64,000 bases of DNA from Candidatus Cryptobacteroides choladohippi (GTDB taxonomy: Bacteria > Bacteroidota > Bacteroidia > Bacteroidales > UBA932). A program made the translations under genes and the position numbers. The notes under the pieces are model-generated. The model saw only the letters and a list, made by a program, of their open reading frames with translations, was not told the origin of the DNA and did no database searches. The stretch lies in assembly GCA_018065985.1 (NCBI GenBank), contig JAGHSF010000019.1, positions 6,328 to 70,327 on the forward strand, given 5' to 3'. How positions within the stretch are numbered: position 1 is the stretch's first letter; every line of letters starts with the position of its first letter. Shown in pieces: positions 1-9,487 of this stretch.

Positions 1-1491
1 CGGCTCGTCGAGTATGTATATCACGTTGACCAGCTTGGAACCGATCTGGGTTGCAAGCCGTATGCGCTGGCTCTCGCCTCCCGACAGGGTAGCGGTGGGG
101 CGGTCGAGTGTGAGATAGTCAAGGCCCACATCGAGCAGGAACTCCACACGGTCGGAAAGTTCCTTGAGTATGTCGTGCGCGATCGCATTGCCGCGTCTTG
201 TCAGCTTGGCGGGGAGCTCCATTATCCACCTGGAAAGATCGCTGATCTCCATCGAGCTCACCTCGCTGATGGTCTTGCCGTCGATACGGAAGCACTCGGT
301 CTCCTTGCGAAGACGCGTTCCGTTGCACACGGGGCAGACAATCTTGTCTTCTATGTCTTCCACCACGCCGGGCCAGCTGACCATCTCGGCAGTGGGGCCA
401 TCTCCTATGCGGAACAGCTCGTCCGAGCCGTACACGAGCAGCGACACCGCCTCGTCCGGGAGATCCACGATGGGATCGTATAGCGAGAAGTCATACTTGC
501 GCGCTATGCTGCGCACCACTTCGAACTTGCGGTTGTCCCTGAGCCGGCCAAGCGGCACTATGCCTCCTGCGGCGATGGAGAGGCCGTGATCGGGGATTAT
601 GAGTTCCGGATTCACGTCCACAACCGTACCCAGGCCCTTGCAGTGCGGGCAGTAGCCCTCAGGCGAATTGAAGGAGAAACTGTGAGGGGCAGGTTCACGG
701 AGCGACAGACCGCTCTCCGGATCGACGAGATGCTTGCTGAAGAAGCGTACATCGCCGTCAGGCACCAGCACGGCAAGCGAGCCTTTTCCGAGCCCGAGCG
801 CCTTCTCCACCGAGCTGCGTATGCGAGCCTGGTCGCCATCGCCCGGCTTCAGCTTGTCGACCACAAGTTCTATGAAATGTGCCTTGTAGCGGTCGACGCT
901 CTCGACCTCGGCGAGTTCCTGTATCTCTCCGTCTATGCGTATCTGGGTGAAGCCTTTCTTGCGCATCTGCTCGAACAGATCGCGGTAGTGGCCCTTTCGT
1001 CCCATCACCAGCGGAGCAAGGACCATGCACTTGCGGCCCTCGTACTCCTTCATGATGAGGTCGACTATCTGAGAGTCAGTATAGCGCACCATCTCCTTGC
1101 CTGTCACGGGAGAGTACGCCGTACTGGCGCGCGCGAAGAGAAGACGCAGGAAGTCCGAAATCTCGGTTATGGTGCCAACCGTGGAGCGGGGATTGTTTCC
1201 GGTGGTCTTCTGTTCGATGGCGATGATGGGGCTGAGGCCGTCGATGCTCTCCACCAGGGGCTTCTCGAGCACACCCATGAAGTGCTTGGCATACGGCGAG
1301 AGGGTGTTCATATAACGGCGCTGGCCCTCGGCATATATGGTGTCGAAAGCCAGAGAAGATTTCCCACTGCCGGAGATTCCGGTTATCACGATGAACTTCC
1401 GACGGGGAATGTCCACGTCGATGCCCTTGAGGTTATGGGCACGTGCGCCACGTATCTCGATATATTCGCCCTTGTCTTTCACAATGGACAA
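1..1491 (-). CDS. uvrA: Excinuclease ABC subunit A (UvrA), N-terminal ~497 codons; the C-terminus lies beyond the left window edge
   Basis: This is my own minus-strand translation. It is absent from the ORF track because the frame is still open at position 1. The N-terminus reads [59 protein letters not shown] (Walker A GSGKSS). Zinc-finger motifs CPHCKGLG and CPVCNGTRL are present, and the window edge reads [36 protein letters not shown] (ABC signature LSGGE). No in-frame ATG is close to the N-terminus. The start is probably TTG at 1491 or GTG at 1482. Confidence 0.9.
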   Translation of the reverse strand, partial: MSIVKDKGEYIEIRGARAHNLKGIDVDIPRRKFIVITGISGSGKSSLAFDTIYAEGQRRYMNTLSPYAKHFMGVLEKPLVESIDGLSPIIAIEQKTTGNNPRSTVGTITEISDFLRLLFARASTAYSPVTGKEMVRYTDSQIVDLIMKEYEGRKCMVLAPLVMGRKGHYRDLFEQMRKKGFTQIRIDGEIQELAEVESVDRYKAHFIELVVDKLKPGDGDQARIRSSVEKALGLGKGSLAVLVPDGDVRFFSKHLVDPESGLSLREPAPHSFSFNSPEGYCPHCKGLGTVVDVNPELIIPDHGLSIAAGGIVPLGRLRDNRKFEVVRSIARKYDFSLYDPIVDLPDEAVSLLVYGSDELFRIGDGPTAEMVSWPGVVEDIEDKIVCPVCNGTRLRKETECFRIDGKTISEVSSMEISDLSRWIMELPAKLTRRGNAIAHDILKELSDRVEFLLDVGLDYLTLDRPTATLSGGESQRIRLATQIGSKLVNVIYILDEP

Positions 1492-1538
1492 ATTTACGAA
1501 TAATTAATATATTTGCACCCAATTAGCTCGATTGTATT

Positions 1539-2393
1539 ATGTGGCTTTGGATGTCTGTCTGCTCAGCGATGCTTCTGGGCGTATACGATGTAGTAAAAAA
1601 ACAATCTCTCAAGCGCAACAGCGTTCTACACGTGCTGCTCGGGGCAACTGCACTCACCGCACTTTTCCTGTGCCCCTTCCTCAAGGCAGGAACGCTCCAG
1701 GATCACCTTGCCCTCATATTCAAGGCCGTGCTCGTAACGGCATCATGGATCAGCGGCCTGCTCGGAATGAAGTATCTTCCCCTGACCACCGCCAGCACCA
1801 TCAAGGCATCGCGTCCCGTGTTCGTCGTGGCCTTCAGCATAATCCTCTTCGGCGAAAGGCTCAATGCATGGCAGTGGGCCGGCGTCTTGCTTGTGATAGC
1901 CGCACTGTACCTGCTGAGCGTTTCAAGCAGGAAGGAGGGCATAAGGTTCAACAGCAGCAAAGGTGTAGCCTGCATGGCCGTCTCGGTCTTTGCCGGTGCA
2001 GCCAGCGCCCTGTATGACAAGCACATACTCGGCTACATGGAGCCTCTCTTCGTGCAAAGCTGGGCGAATTTTTACATCACCGTCCTGCTCGCATTGTGTG
2101 TGCTTGTGAAGGCGCTGAAGGACGGTCCCGAAAAGCGCGAGAGATTCAACTGGGACTGGAGGCTTCTGCTCATAGCCGTGCTCATCACGGCGTCTGACGC
2201 CCTCTATTTCTTCTCGCTCAAGGACGAAGGCGCGATGCTCAGCGTCATTTCCATGCTCCGCCGCTGCTCAGTGGTCATCACCTTCGTGCTCGGTGCCATT
2301 CTCTTCAAGGAAAAGCGCATCAGGGACAAGGCCGTGGACCTGGCGGTGCTTCTTGCCGGCTTGATAATATTGTTATTCGGCTCCGCCAAATAA
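1539..2393 (+). CDS. EamA/DMT-family membrane transporter
   Basis: The 284-aa ORF is hydrophobic throughout, with about 10 predicted helices. It has two EamA-like halves, each ending in a GE/K-rich loop (FGERLNAWQW; FKEKRIRDK). Confidence 0.7.
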   Translation: MWLWMSVCSAMLLGVYDVVKKQSLKRNSVLHVLLGATALTALFLCPFLKAGTLQDHLALIFKAVLVTASWISGLLGMKYLPLTTASTIKASRPVFVVAFSIILFGERLNAWQWAGVLLVIAALYLLSVSSRKEGIRFNSSKGVACMAVSVFAGAASALYDKHILGYMEPLFVQSWANFYITVLLALCVLVKALKDGPEKRERFNWDWRLLLIAVLITASDALYFFSLKDEGAMLSVISMLRRCSVVITFVLGAILFKEKRIRDKAVDLAVLLAGLIILLFGSAK

Positions 2394-2398
2394 CAATT

Positions 2399-2460
2399 TG
2401 ACGGGGGCTCTGCCCCGTAACGCCCCCCGGCTCCCTTCGGTCGCAGTACGCTAGCGAGCA
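2399..2460. repeat. GC-rich palindromic repeat unit (REP/MITE-like), intergenic copy
   Basis: tgacgggggctctgccccgtaacgccccccggctcccttcggtcgc... begins 6 nt after the EamA stop. It contains the hairpin acgggg-gctctg-ccccgt. My hand alignment to 7882-7928 inside the nfnB-like gene matches about 39 of 47 positions. Confidence 0.6.
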
Positions 2461-2510
2461 GTTGTAAACGGCAGCACTATCTGGCAAAAATTTTGCTATC
2501 TTTGTCTATA

Positions 2511-4112
2511 ATGAAACGCAATATCGCAATATTGGCGCTGCTCGCACTCTGCGCGGGTGCAGGCGCACAGTCAAAGGGCTTCACCCTTGGCAAATGGACA
2601 GAAATCCAGAGTTCGATTCTCAAGGAGCTCAACCGCTCATACGTTGACTCCCTCCCCATAGACCGCATCGAAAGGGCTGGCGTGAATGCCATGCTCGGCA
2701 GTCTCGACCCCTACACCGTATACATCCCGCAGGAAGAGAACGAGAATCTCGAGATGATGATCAAGAACACCTACGGAGGCATAGGCGCTGTCATCTACAA
2801 GCCGGACACTGATGGGAACGTGATCATCAACGAGCCTTACGAAGGCTCCCCTGCCGCAAAGAACGGCCTGCAGTGCGGAGACGAGATCCTGGCGATCGAC
2901 GGCGTGAGCGTACATGGCCTGACGTCATCCCAGGCAAGCGAAAAGATGCGCGGCGAGGCCGGCACCAAGGTCGTGTTCACGGTCAGGAAGCTCCGCACCC
3001 AGGAAGTGCAGGACATTACAATAGTGAGGGAGAAGATACATCTGCCCGATGTCCAGTACGCCGGAATGCTCGACAAGGAGAACGGATACATACTCCTGAG
3101 CGGATTCTCCGAGGGCGTGGCCAAAGAGATACGCAGCGAGGTCATGCGCCTCAAAAAGGAATGCGGCATGAAGAAGCTCTACCTCGACCTCCGCGGCAAC
3201 GGCGGCGGCCTGCTTGGCGAAGCTGTGGACATAGTGTCCATCTTCGTGCCCAAGGGAACGCTCGTGGTGACAGCAAAGGGCAAGGACAGGAGCTCCAACT
3301 ACGAATGCAGGACAGGCAAAGACCCCGTTGACGTCAAGATACCCCTGGTCGTTCTCATCGACTCATCATCCGCTTCAGCTTCCGAAATCGTATCCGGCGC
3401 GCTACAGGACCTCGACAGGGCGACCATCATGGGCACACGGTCCTACGGAAAGGGTCTGGTGCAGAGCATACGCGACCTGCCTTACGGCGGTCAGCTGAAG
3501 GTCACCACAGCGAAATACTACACACCTTCGGGTCGCTGCGTGCAGGCTATCGACTACAGCAACCGCAACGAGGACGGATCTGTCGGTCACATTCCCGACT
3601 CTCTCACCCATGAGTTCAAGACAGCCGGCGGCAGGATCGTCAGAGACGGCGGCGGCATCACTCCCGACATAGAGATAAAGCCCCACGAGTACAGCAGGCT
3701 GACATACTCCCTTGTTGCCTATGGCGTAATCGAACAGTATGCCCTGGAATATGTGCGCGGCCATGAGAGCATCCCGGCAACAAAGGACTTCCACTTCACC
3801 GATGCAGAGTATGAGAACTTCATCGAGTTCGCAAAGGGGAAGGAATTCGACTATCGCAGTTCCGCACGCGCCTATGTGGACCAGGCACGCGCCGAGCTGA
3901 AGCGCGACGGACTCGAGGAATCCGTATCTGCCGAGCTGGAGGCCCTGAGCAAGAGTCTCGACATGGACAAGGAGACCTTCCTGCGCCTCAAGAAAGACGA
4001 GATCATACCCTTCATCGAAGAGGAGATCGCAGTGCGCTACTACTTCCAGAAAGCCGGTATCGAGATAGAGATACGCTACGACAGTCAGCTCAAGGAAGCC
4101 CTGAACAAATGA
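2511..4112 (+). CDS. S41-family C-terminal processing (tail-specific) peptidase with PDZ domain
   Basis: The signal peptide is MKRNIAILALLALCAGAGAQS. A PDZ-like region reads GLQCGDEILAIDGVSV. S41 motifs DLRGNGGGLLGEAVD and VLIDSSSASASEIVSGALQD are present. The ORF track starts at TTG 2493; ATG 2511 is more plausible. Confidence 0.85.
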   Translation: MKRNIAILALLALCAGAGAQSKGFTLGKWTEIQSSILKELNRSYVDSLPIDRIERAGVNAMLGSLDPYTVYIPQEENENLEMMIKNTYGGIGAVIYKPDTDGNVIINEPYEGSPAAKNGLQCGDEILAIDGVSVHGLTSSQASEKMRGEAGTKVVFTVRKLRTQEVQDITIVREKIHLPDVQYAGMLDKENGYILLSGFSEGVAKEIRSEVMRLKKECGMKKLYLDLRGNGGGLLGEAVDIVSIFVPKGTLVVTAKGKDRSSNYECRTGKDPVDVKIPLVVLIDSSSASASEIVSGALQDLDRATIMGTRSYGKGLVQSIRDLPYGGQLKVTTAKYYTPSGRCVQAIDYSNRNEDGSVGHIPDSLTHEFKTAGGRIVRDGGGITPDIEIKPHEYSRLTYSLVAYGVIEQYALEYVRGHESIPATKDFHFTDAEYENFIEFAKGKEFDYRSSARAYVDQARAELKRDGLEESVSAELEALSKSLDMDKETFLRLKKDEIIPFIEEEIAVRYYFQKAGIEIEIRYDSQLKEALNK

Positions 4113-4753
4113 TAGTCTCTTCCCGCCTGCTCATTCTTCAGACGACCAAGGTCGGAGACAAGTCATTGGTGCTGCATACGTTGAGCAGCCAGTGGGGCAG
4201 GCGCAGCTTCATAGTCAGCGCCGGAAAGGGGATGGCCATGTATCTGCCCATGAACATTCTCGATGCAGAGATCATGCAGAACGAGAAATCGTCGCTTTGG
4301 CGGCTTCGGGGCATGCAGGCGGTTCACCCGCTGAACGGAATACGATCCAGCATAGGAAAGAACAGCATCACGCTCTTCATGAGCGAGGTGCTGTATCGCA
4401 TTGTACGCGACGGGGCATTCGAGGAAGGGCTTTTCGAATGGTGCGAGAGGAGTGTACTCACTCTCGATGCACTGGAAAGCGACTGGGCGAACTTCCACAT
4501 ATGGTGGCTTCTGGAACTCTGCGGGGCTCTGGGATTCAGCCCATGCTCCGAGGACCTGGTCCCTTTCGCAGGGCAGCACTTCCCGAAGCTGCAGAGGCTC
4601 CTCGGGCTTGGCTTCGGCGGATTCATGCTCGAGCCCATGAACGGCGAGGAGCGGAACACAATGGCCCAGATACTTTTGGACTACATTGGATTCCACTCCG
4701 ACTGCAAGGTTGAGATACGTTCCCTCAAGGTGCTGAGGGAACTTTTCTCGTAA
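4109..4753 (+). CDS. recO: DNA repair protein RecO
   Basis: The 214-aa N-terminus (RLLILQTTKVGDKSLVLHTLSSQWGRRSFIV) is typical of the RecO OB-fold. An ATGA start/stop overlap joins it to the upstream peptidase gene. Confidence 0.75.
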   Translation: MIVSSRLLILQTTKVGDKSLVLHTLSSQWGRRSFIVSAGKGMAMYLPMNILDAEIMQNEKSSLWRLRGMQAVHPLNGIRSSIGKNSITLFMSEVLYRIVRDGAFEEGLFEWCERSVLTLDALESDWANFHIWWLLELCGALGFSPCSEDLVPFAGQHFPKLQRLLGLGFGGFMLEPMNGEERNTMAQILLDYIGFHSDCKVEIRSLKVLRELFS

Positions 4754-4754
4754 A

Positions 4755-5858
4755 TTACTGTTTGTCTATCTGTGCCAGTGCGTAGGCGTATGCTCCGAGC
4801 GAGATTGCGGTGCTGGTACCTATGTGGGTGAATGTCACGCCCGTCTTCATCTCATTGAAGTAGCGGACCTCCCGTCCCGTTCCGAGCACAGTCACCATCT
4901 TAGAATTGTCTTTCAGGAATTCGTCCATACCCTCCTTGGTGGTAAGGTCGAAGGCCTTCATCTGCAGGCATGGGAACTGTGCGCCGGAGAATGCACCGAG
5001 CTTGGAGTTCATCTCCTCCACCATTGCGGGGAAGATATACTTCCAGTTGTTGGCGATGCCGCCGCCCACAACCACGATACCGTCGACGATGTCGAGTGCG
5101 TGAATGACTGCGTCTGCAGCCACGCGGCCGAGTTCGGCGAAAGCCGTGCGTGCAGCGAGCATGTTGCCTTCTGCCTTGCCTTCAGCTATGACGAAGATGT
5201 CCTTGGGGCTGATGTCCCGGTTGTCTTCAGGTGCGTTCTCGTGATATACGCGCTTCACAGCGCGGATGCTGACGCTCTCCTCGGTGATGAGCTCAGGGTA
5301 CTTGACATTGCGCATGAGCCACACGTCGCCGCCACAGCCGTTGTCTCCCGTAAGAAGGTTGCCGTCGATGACAACGCCACCGCCGAAGCCTGTTCCGAGG
5401 GTAAGGCCGAGAAGGTTCTTGTATCTCTTTGAACTGCCGGACTCGGCAAGCTTTGCATTGATCTCGGGCAGAGCACCTGCAAGGGCCTCGCCATAAGCGA
5501 AGAGGTTGCCGTCGTTGTTGATGAAGACGGGAATGTCGAAGGTGTCGGCCAGGAACGGACCCATGGCCACGCCACCCCTGAAGCAGGGGAAGTTGGGAAG
5601 GTCGCCTATGATTCCGTGCTCATAGTCGGCCGGCCCGGGAAATGCAAAACTGATAGCGACCGGCTTCCTGTCGCCAAGAGCGGCCTCAACCTTTCTGAAG
5701 CCCTCGACGAGGACCTGCAGACAGCGTTCGATATTGTCATTGACTGCATCCAGACGGATGGGCTCGACCACCTCGCGGCAGCCTTGGATTGCAGAGAACA
5801 CGAAATTGGTTCCACCTGCATCGAGGGTCATCACAACCCTGTCGTCATGTTCGTACAT
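4755..5858 (-). CDS. ROK-family sugar kinase (glucokinase-like)
   Basis: The DAGGTNFVF phosphate-1 motif and the GLTLGTGFGGGVVIDGNLLTGDNGCGGDVW ROK signature region are present. Confidence 0.75.
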   Translation of the reverse strand: MYEHDDRVVMTLDAGGTNFVFSAIQGCREVVEPIRLDAVNDNIERCLQVLVEGFRKVEAALGDRKPVAISFAFPGPADYEHGIIGDLPNFPCFRGGVAMGPFLADTFDIPVFINNDGNLFAYGEALAGALPEINAKLAESGSSKRYKNLLGLTLGTGFGGGVVIDGNLLTGDNGCGGDVWLMRNVKYPELITEESVSIRAVKRVYHENAPEDNRDISPKDIFVIAEGKAEGNMLAARTAFAELGRVAADAVIHALDIVDGIVVVGGGIANNWKYIFPAMVEEMNSKLGAFSGAQFPCLQMKAFDLTTKEGMDEFLKDNSKMVTVLGTGREVRYFNEMKTGVTFTHIGTSTAISLGAYAYALAQIDKQ

Positions 5859-5864
5859 AGTGTT

Positions 5865-6800
5865 TTATTTTTGCTGTTTCTTGTGGTGTTTCTGTTTGTG
5901 CCAGAGGCCATAGACCTCGCTGACGTTTCCTGCGGTGATGAATGCATTGATGTTGTTGTCCTTGACATACTTCATCACATACGAGAACTCGTCCTTGGTA
6001 AGAAGGCTCTGTATCTCCATTCTCCTGTCGCCGCTGTAACCGCCTGTAACCTCATACAATGAGCATCCGCGACCCAGTTCCCCGACAATGTATTTCCTTA
6101 TCTGTTCGGTATCGTCGGCGATGATGCATACCCGCTTGCGACGGCTGATGCTGGCCATGAAATGGTCCACGATGAGGCCGTTCAGCCAGGTTCCGATAAG
6201 GCCGATCACAACCATACGGAAGGGGTTGATGGCAAACGCGGTACAGCAGATTATGACGCCTGCGATAGAAACTGACACGCCTATGTCGAAGTGAAAGTAC
6301 TTGTTCACTATCTTGGCAAGGATATCCAGTCCGCCCGTGGATGCGTTGATGCTGAACATGATGGCCTGAGAGGCGCTGAGGATCAGAACGAAAGCAAGCA
6401 GGTCGAACCAGAGGTCACCCATGACGGAGGTCTGCCCCTCCTCCAGAAGCCTGGTGTACGGGCATATCTTCTCCCAGACATTCATGAGGGGGCCCAATAT
6501 CAGCGCAGTATATACTGTCTTTGCGCCGAATTCACGGCCGATCAGGAAGAATGCCAGGACAAGAAGCAAGGCGTTGATGATGAGCACCACCGTCGAAACC
6601 CTGATGACAAAGCCGGCTTCCTGCAGCACGGTGCCTATCACGATGGAGAGTCCGGAGATGCTTCCTACCACCAGCTTGCTGGGTACCAGGAAATAGTAGA
6701 CGGCAGCGGCGGCCACGAACATTCCCAAGGTCATGATGAAAAGCTCCTTCCAGAACTTCCATGTCCTCAGAACATTCAGACACGACAGAATGTTCTCCAT
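5865..6800 (-). CDS. YitT-family membrane protein (DUF2179 C-terminal domain)
   Basis: The N-terminal half is multi-helix, and a soluble C-terminal domain reads CIIADDTEQIRKYIVGELGRGCSLYEVTGGYSGDRR. The ATG at 6800 overlaps the upstream gene's TGA (TGATG). Confidence 0.7.
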   Translation of the reverse strand: MENILSCLNVLRTWKFWKELFIMTLGMFVAAAAVYYFLVPSKLVVGSISGLSIVIGTVLQEAGFVIRVSTVVLIINALLLVLAFFLIGREFGAKTVYTALILGPLMNVWEKICPYTRLLEEGQTSVMGDLWFDLLAFVLILSASQAIMFSINASTGGLDILAKIVNKYFHFDIGVSVSIAGVIICCTAFAINPFRMVVIGLIGTWLNGLIVDHFMASISRRKRVCIIADDTEQIRKYIVGELGRGCSLYEVTGGYSGDRRMEIQSLLTKDEFSYVMKYVKDNNINAFITAGNVSEVYGLWHKQKHHKKQQK

Positions 6801-8323
6801 CAACTGTTCTTCAGATACTCATCAATGGCTTTGGCTGCGGCACGGCCGGCACCCATTGCCAGGATCACGGTAGCCGCACCTGTGACTGCGTCGCCTCCGG
6901 CAAAGATTCCAGGGCGTGTGGTTGCGCCATCCGGGCCTGCTGAAAGGCAGCCGCGGCGGGTTGTCTCCAGACCGGCTGTAGTCTTGGCTATCAGCGGGTT
7001 GGGGCTGGTACCAAGAGCCATGATCACGGTGTCGGCATCTATCTCGAACTCGCTGCCGGGTATGGCGACGGGACTGCGGCGGCCGCTCTCGTCAGGCTCG
7101 CCAAGTTCCATCCTGACGCACTTGAGCGCACGGACCCAGCCTTTGTCGTCGGGAAGCACCTCGACGGGATTGGTGAGAAGGTCGAAGATGATTCCTTCCT
7201 CCTTTGCATGGTGCACTTCCTCACGGCGGGCCGGAAGCTCGGTCTCTGTACGGCGATAGACGATATGGACCTCGGCGCCAAGGCGAAGCGCTGTGCGCGC
7301 CGCATCCATGGCAACGTTGCCGCCACCTACGACACAGACCTTGCGGCCTGCATGGATGGGGGTCATATAATCGCTCCTGTATGCCTTCATCAGATTGTTT
7401 CTGGTAAGGAACTCGTTGGCGGAGAAAACACCGTTGTAGTTCTCGCCGGGGATGCCCATGAACTTGGGGAGTCCCGCTCCCGTGCCGATGAACACGGCCT
7501 TGAAACCTTCATCGTCCATAAGCTGGTCGATGGTGACGGTACGGCCGACGATGACATTCGTCTCTATCTTCACGCCCAGAGCCTTGACCGATTCGATGGC
7601 GGGCTTGAGCACCTTGTCCTTGGGAAGACGGAACTCGGGGATACCATATTCCAGCACTCCCCCAGCCTTGTGCAGGGCCTCGAAGATCGTCACGTCGTAA
7701 CCCATCTTCGCAAGATCCGATGCACATGCCAGACCGGCGGGGCCGCTGCCGATAATGGCGACGCGGGTCGCCGTAACGGCTGCGCCGTTGGCATCTGACG
7801 GGGGTTCTACCCCCGTAACGGCTGCGCCGTTGGCTTTTGACGGGGGTTCTACCCCCGTAACGGCTGCGCCGTTAGCATCTTTGATGGGGGCTCCGCCCCC
7901 ATAACGTCCCCCGGCGACCTCCGGTCGCTGTTCTCCGAGGGAACGGTCTGCAATTTCATCTCCGACGAAGCGCTCGAGCTTGCCGATTGCCACGGCTTCT
8001 CCCTTGACGCCGAGTATGCAGCTGCCTTCGCACTGGGTTTCCTGCGGACAGACGCGGCCGCACACAGCCGGAAGGGACGAATCCCTGGCAATCACCTCGG
8101 CTGCCCCGGGAATGTCTCCCTGGGCAATCCTCTCGATGAAATCAGGAATCTGGATGTTCACAGGGCATGCGCCCACGCAACGAGGATTCTTGCAATGCAG
8201 GCAGCGTGATGCCTCCAGCATGGCTTCCTCCCTGCTGTATCCGTAACAAACCTCTTCAAAATTGGTGGCGCGGACCTTGGGGTCCTGTTCGCGCACCGGC
8301 ACTCTTGGTATTCTGTTAGCCAT
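6800..8323 (-). CDS. nfnB: NfnB-like / glutamate-synthase small-subunit-like NADPH oxidoreductase (2x[4Fe-4S] + FAD/NADPH), carrying an in-frame repeat insertion
   Basis: The N-terminus reads CLHCKNPRCVGACPV ... CGRVCPQETQCEGSC. The dinucleotide folds are RVAIIGSGPAGLACA and VCVVGGGNVAMDAAR, and the C-terminus contains GIFAGGDAVTGAATV. The likely start is MANRIPRV at 8323, in a TAATG overlap with the upstream PyrK-like gene. The symbol is inferred from this pairing. Confidence 0.8.
   Translation of the reverse strand: MANRIPRVPVREQDPKVRATNFEEVCYGYSREEAMLEASRCLHCKNPRCVGACPVNIQIPDFIERIAQGDIPGAAEVIARDSSLPAVCGRVCPQETQCEGSCILGVKGEAVAIGKLERFVGDEIADRSLGEQRPEVAGGRYGGGAPIKDANGAAVTGVEPPSKANGAAVTGVEPPSDANGAAVTATRVAIIGSGPAGLACASDLAKMGYDVTIFEALHKAGGVLEYGIPEFRLPKDKVLKPAIESVKALGVKIETNVIVGRTVTIDQLMDDEGFKAVFIGTGAGLPKFMGIPGENYNGVFSANEFLTRNNLMKAYRSDYMTPIHAGRKVCVVGGGNVAMDAARTALRLGAEVHIVYRRTETELPARREEVHHAKEEGIIFDLLTNPVEVLPDDKGWVRALKCVRMELGEPDESGRRSPVAIPGSEFEIDADTVIMALGTSPNPLIAKTTAGLETTRRGCLSAGPDGATTRPGIFAGGDAVTGAATVILAMGAGRAAAKAIDEYLKNS
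7773..7940. repeat. Tandem 42-bp GC-rich palindromic repeats inside the nfnB-like CDS
   Basis: The unit is tgacgggggttctacccccgtaacggctgcgccgttggc(nnn). Full copies start at 7796 and 7838, with a partial copy at 7773-7795 and a diverged copy at 7882-7940. Hairpins are acggggg-ttcta-cccccgt and acggc-tgc-gccgt. The region is translated as ANGAAVTGVEPPS(K/D) repeats. Confidence 0.85.
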
Positions 8324-9183
8324 TATTTTCCCCTCCCTATTCTGCACACATGGTGCTCCTTTTCTTCAAGTTCCTCGGCCTTGTACTGCCCCTGACGGCG
8401 CATGGCCTCATCAAAGTCGACCTCATATCCATCGAACTCCGGACCCTCGACGCATGCAAAGCGGGTCTTGCCGCCAACGGTGACGCGGCATGCGCCGCAC
8501 ATTCCGGTGCCGTCGACCATGAGGGTGTTCAGGCTGACCACAATGGGAATGCCCAGTTTCTTGCAGGTCAGAGTTGCAAACTTCATCATTATCATGGGTC
8601 CGATGGCAACGGCCTGCGTAAACTTCTCCCCGGCTGCAACAAGGGCTTCCAGCTTTGCCGTTCCAACGCCATGGAATCCGCAGCTGCCATCGTCGGTGCA
8701 GATATGGAGATTGTCGCATACCGCGCCAAGTTCCTCGGTATAGATGAGGAGGTCCTTGGTGCGGGCTCCTATGATCACGTCGACCTTGGCGCCATGCTCA
8801 TGAAGCCACTTCACCTGAGGGTACACGGGAGCTGTTCCCAGTCCTCCGGCAATGAATACATAATGCTGAGCGGAAAGTTCCTCCGCGCTCTTGGTCAGGA
8901 ATTCGGACGGGAGCCCCAAAGGACCGACCACGTCGGCAAAGGCCTCACCCTCTTCAAAAGATATGATGTCTGCGCTGGACGCACCGATCTGCTGAGTTAC
9001 AATGGTCACGCTGCCCTGTGCAGCGTCGTAGTCACTGATTGTGAGAGGAATACGCTCGCCCTTCTCGTCAGCCCTGACGATGAGGAACTGGCCGGGCTTC
9101 GCAGATGAGGCAAGGCGCGGAGCCCTGACCTTCATGCGGCAGATGTTCGGCGTGAGCATTTCCTTCGAAAGAATAGTATACAT
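8323..9183 (-). CDS. nfnA: NfnA-like / PyrK-like FAD-[2Fe-2S] ferredoxin-NADP+ reductase subunit
   Basis: The protein is 286 aa. It has an FAD-binding barrel (GQFLIVRADEKGERIPLTISD), an NAD fold (VFIAGGLGTAPV) and a C-terminal cluster motif (GTGMCGACRV ... FACVEGPEF). Confidence 0.8.
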   Translation of the reverse strand: MYTILSKEMLTPNICRMKVRAPRLASSAKPGQFLIVRADEKGERIPLTISDYDAAQGSVTIVTQQIGASSADIISFEEGEAFADVVGPLGLPSEFLTKSAEELSAQHYVFIAGGLGTAPVYPQVKWLHEHGAKVDVIIGARTKDLLIYTEELGAVCDNLHICTDDGSCGFHGVGTAKLEALVAAGEKFTQAVAIGPMIMMKFATLTCKKLGIPIVVSLNTLMVDGTGMCGACRVTVGGKTRFACVEGPEFDGYEVDFDEAMRRQGQYKAEELEEKEHHVCRIGRGK

Positions 9184-9203
9184 ATTTAAGAATGTTTATC
9201 ATT

Positions 9204-9211
9204 CAAATATA
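9204..9211 (-). promoter_or_regulatory. Candidate Bacteroidetes -7 promoter box (TATATTTG) for the nfnAB-like operon
   Basis: The reverse complement of caaatata matches the TAnnTTTG consensus. It lies 21-28 nt upstream of the ATG at 9183. Confidence 0.4.
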
Positions 9212-9487
9212 CAAAAAAAGGGTTGACAAAAAAAGATTTTTGAAGTTATCATTCAAGTTCTCCGGCAACTGCCTGCCAGGCCGCAAGCGCTTGGAAATCT
9301 GCCCGAAAGTCCTTATCAGGACAATGACTTTGCCCGTTCTGGAGTTACACATCAGGATGCCAACATCTTTTGGGGAACAACGAGACCGGCAAGGGTGGCT
9401 ATGATTACATATCCGTCATCCCCATGGGTTCATGCTATACAATCTCAGCAACCGTTGATGAGTAAGGCATAGAATTGCATACTGTTT

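Noticed and set aside
586-1503. 305-aa plus-strand ORF (and neighbouring ORFs at 164-589 and 175-483)
   Set aside because: It lies entirely antisense to a clear uvrA reading frame. It has no motifs and shows the Arg/Ala/His-rich composition typical of shadow ORFs in GC-rich coding DNA.
6291-7259. 322-aa plus-strand ORF
   Set aside because: It is antisense to the YitT-family and nfnB-like genes and has no motifs.
7773-7940. Possibility that the 42-bp direct repeats are a CRISPR array
   Set aside because: The repeats are directly tandem with no unique spacers and number only about 3.5 copies. They lie in-frame inside a CDS, and no cas genes occur anywhere in the window.
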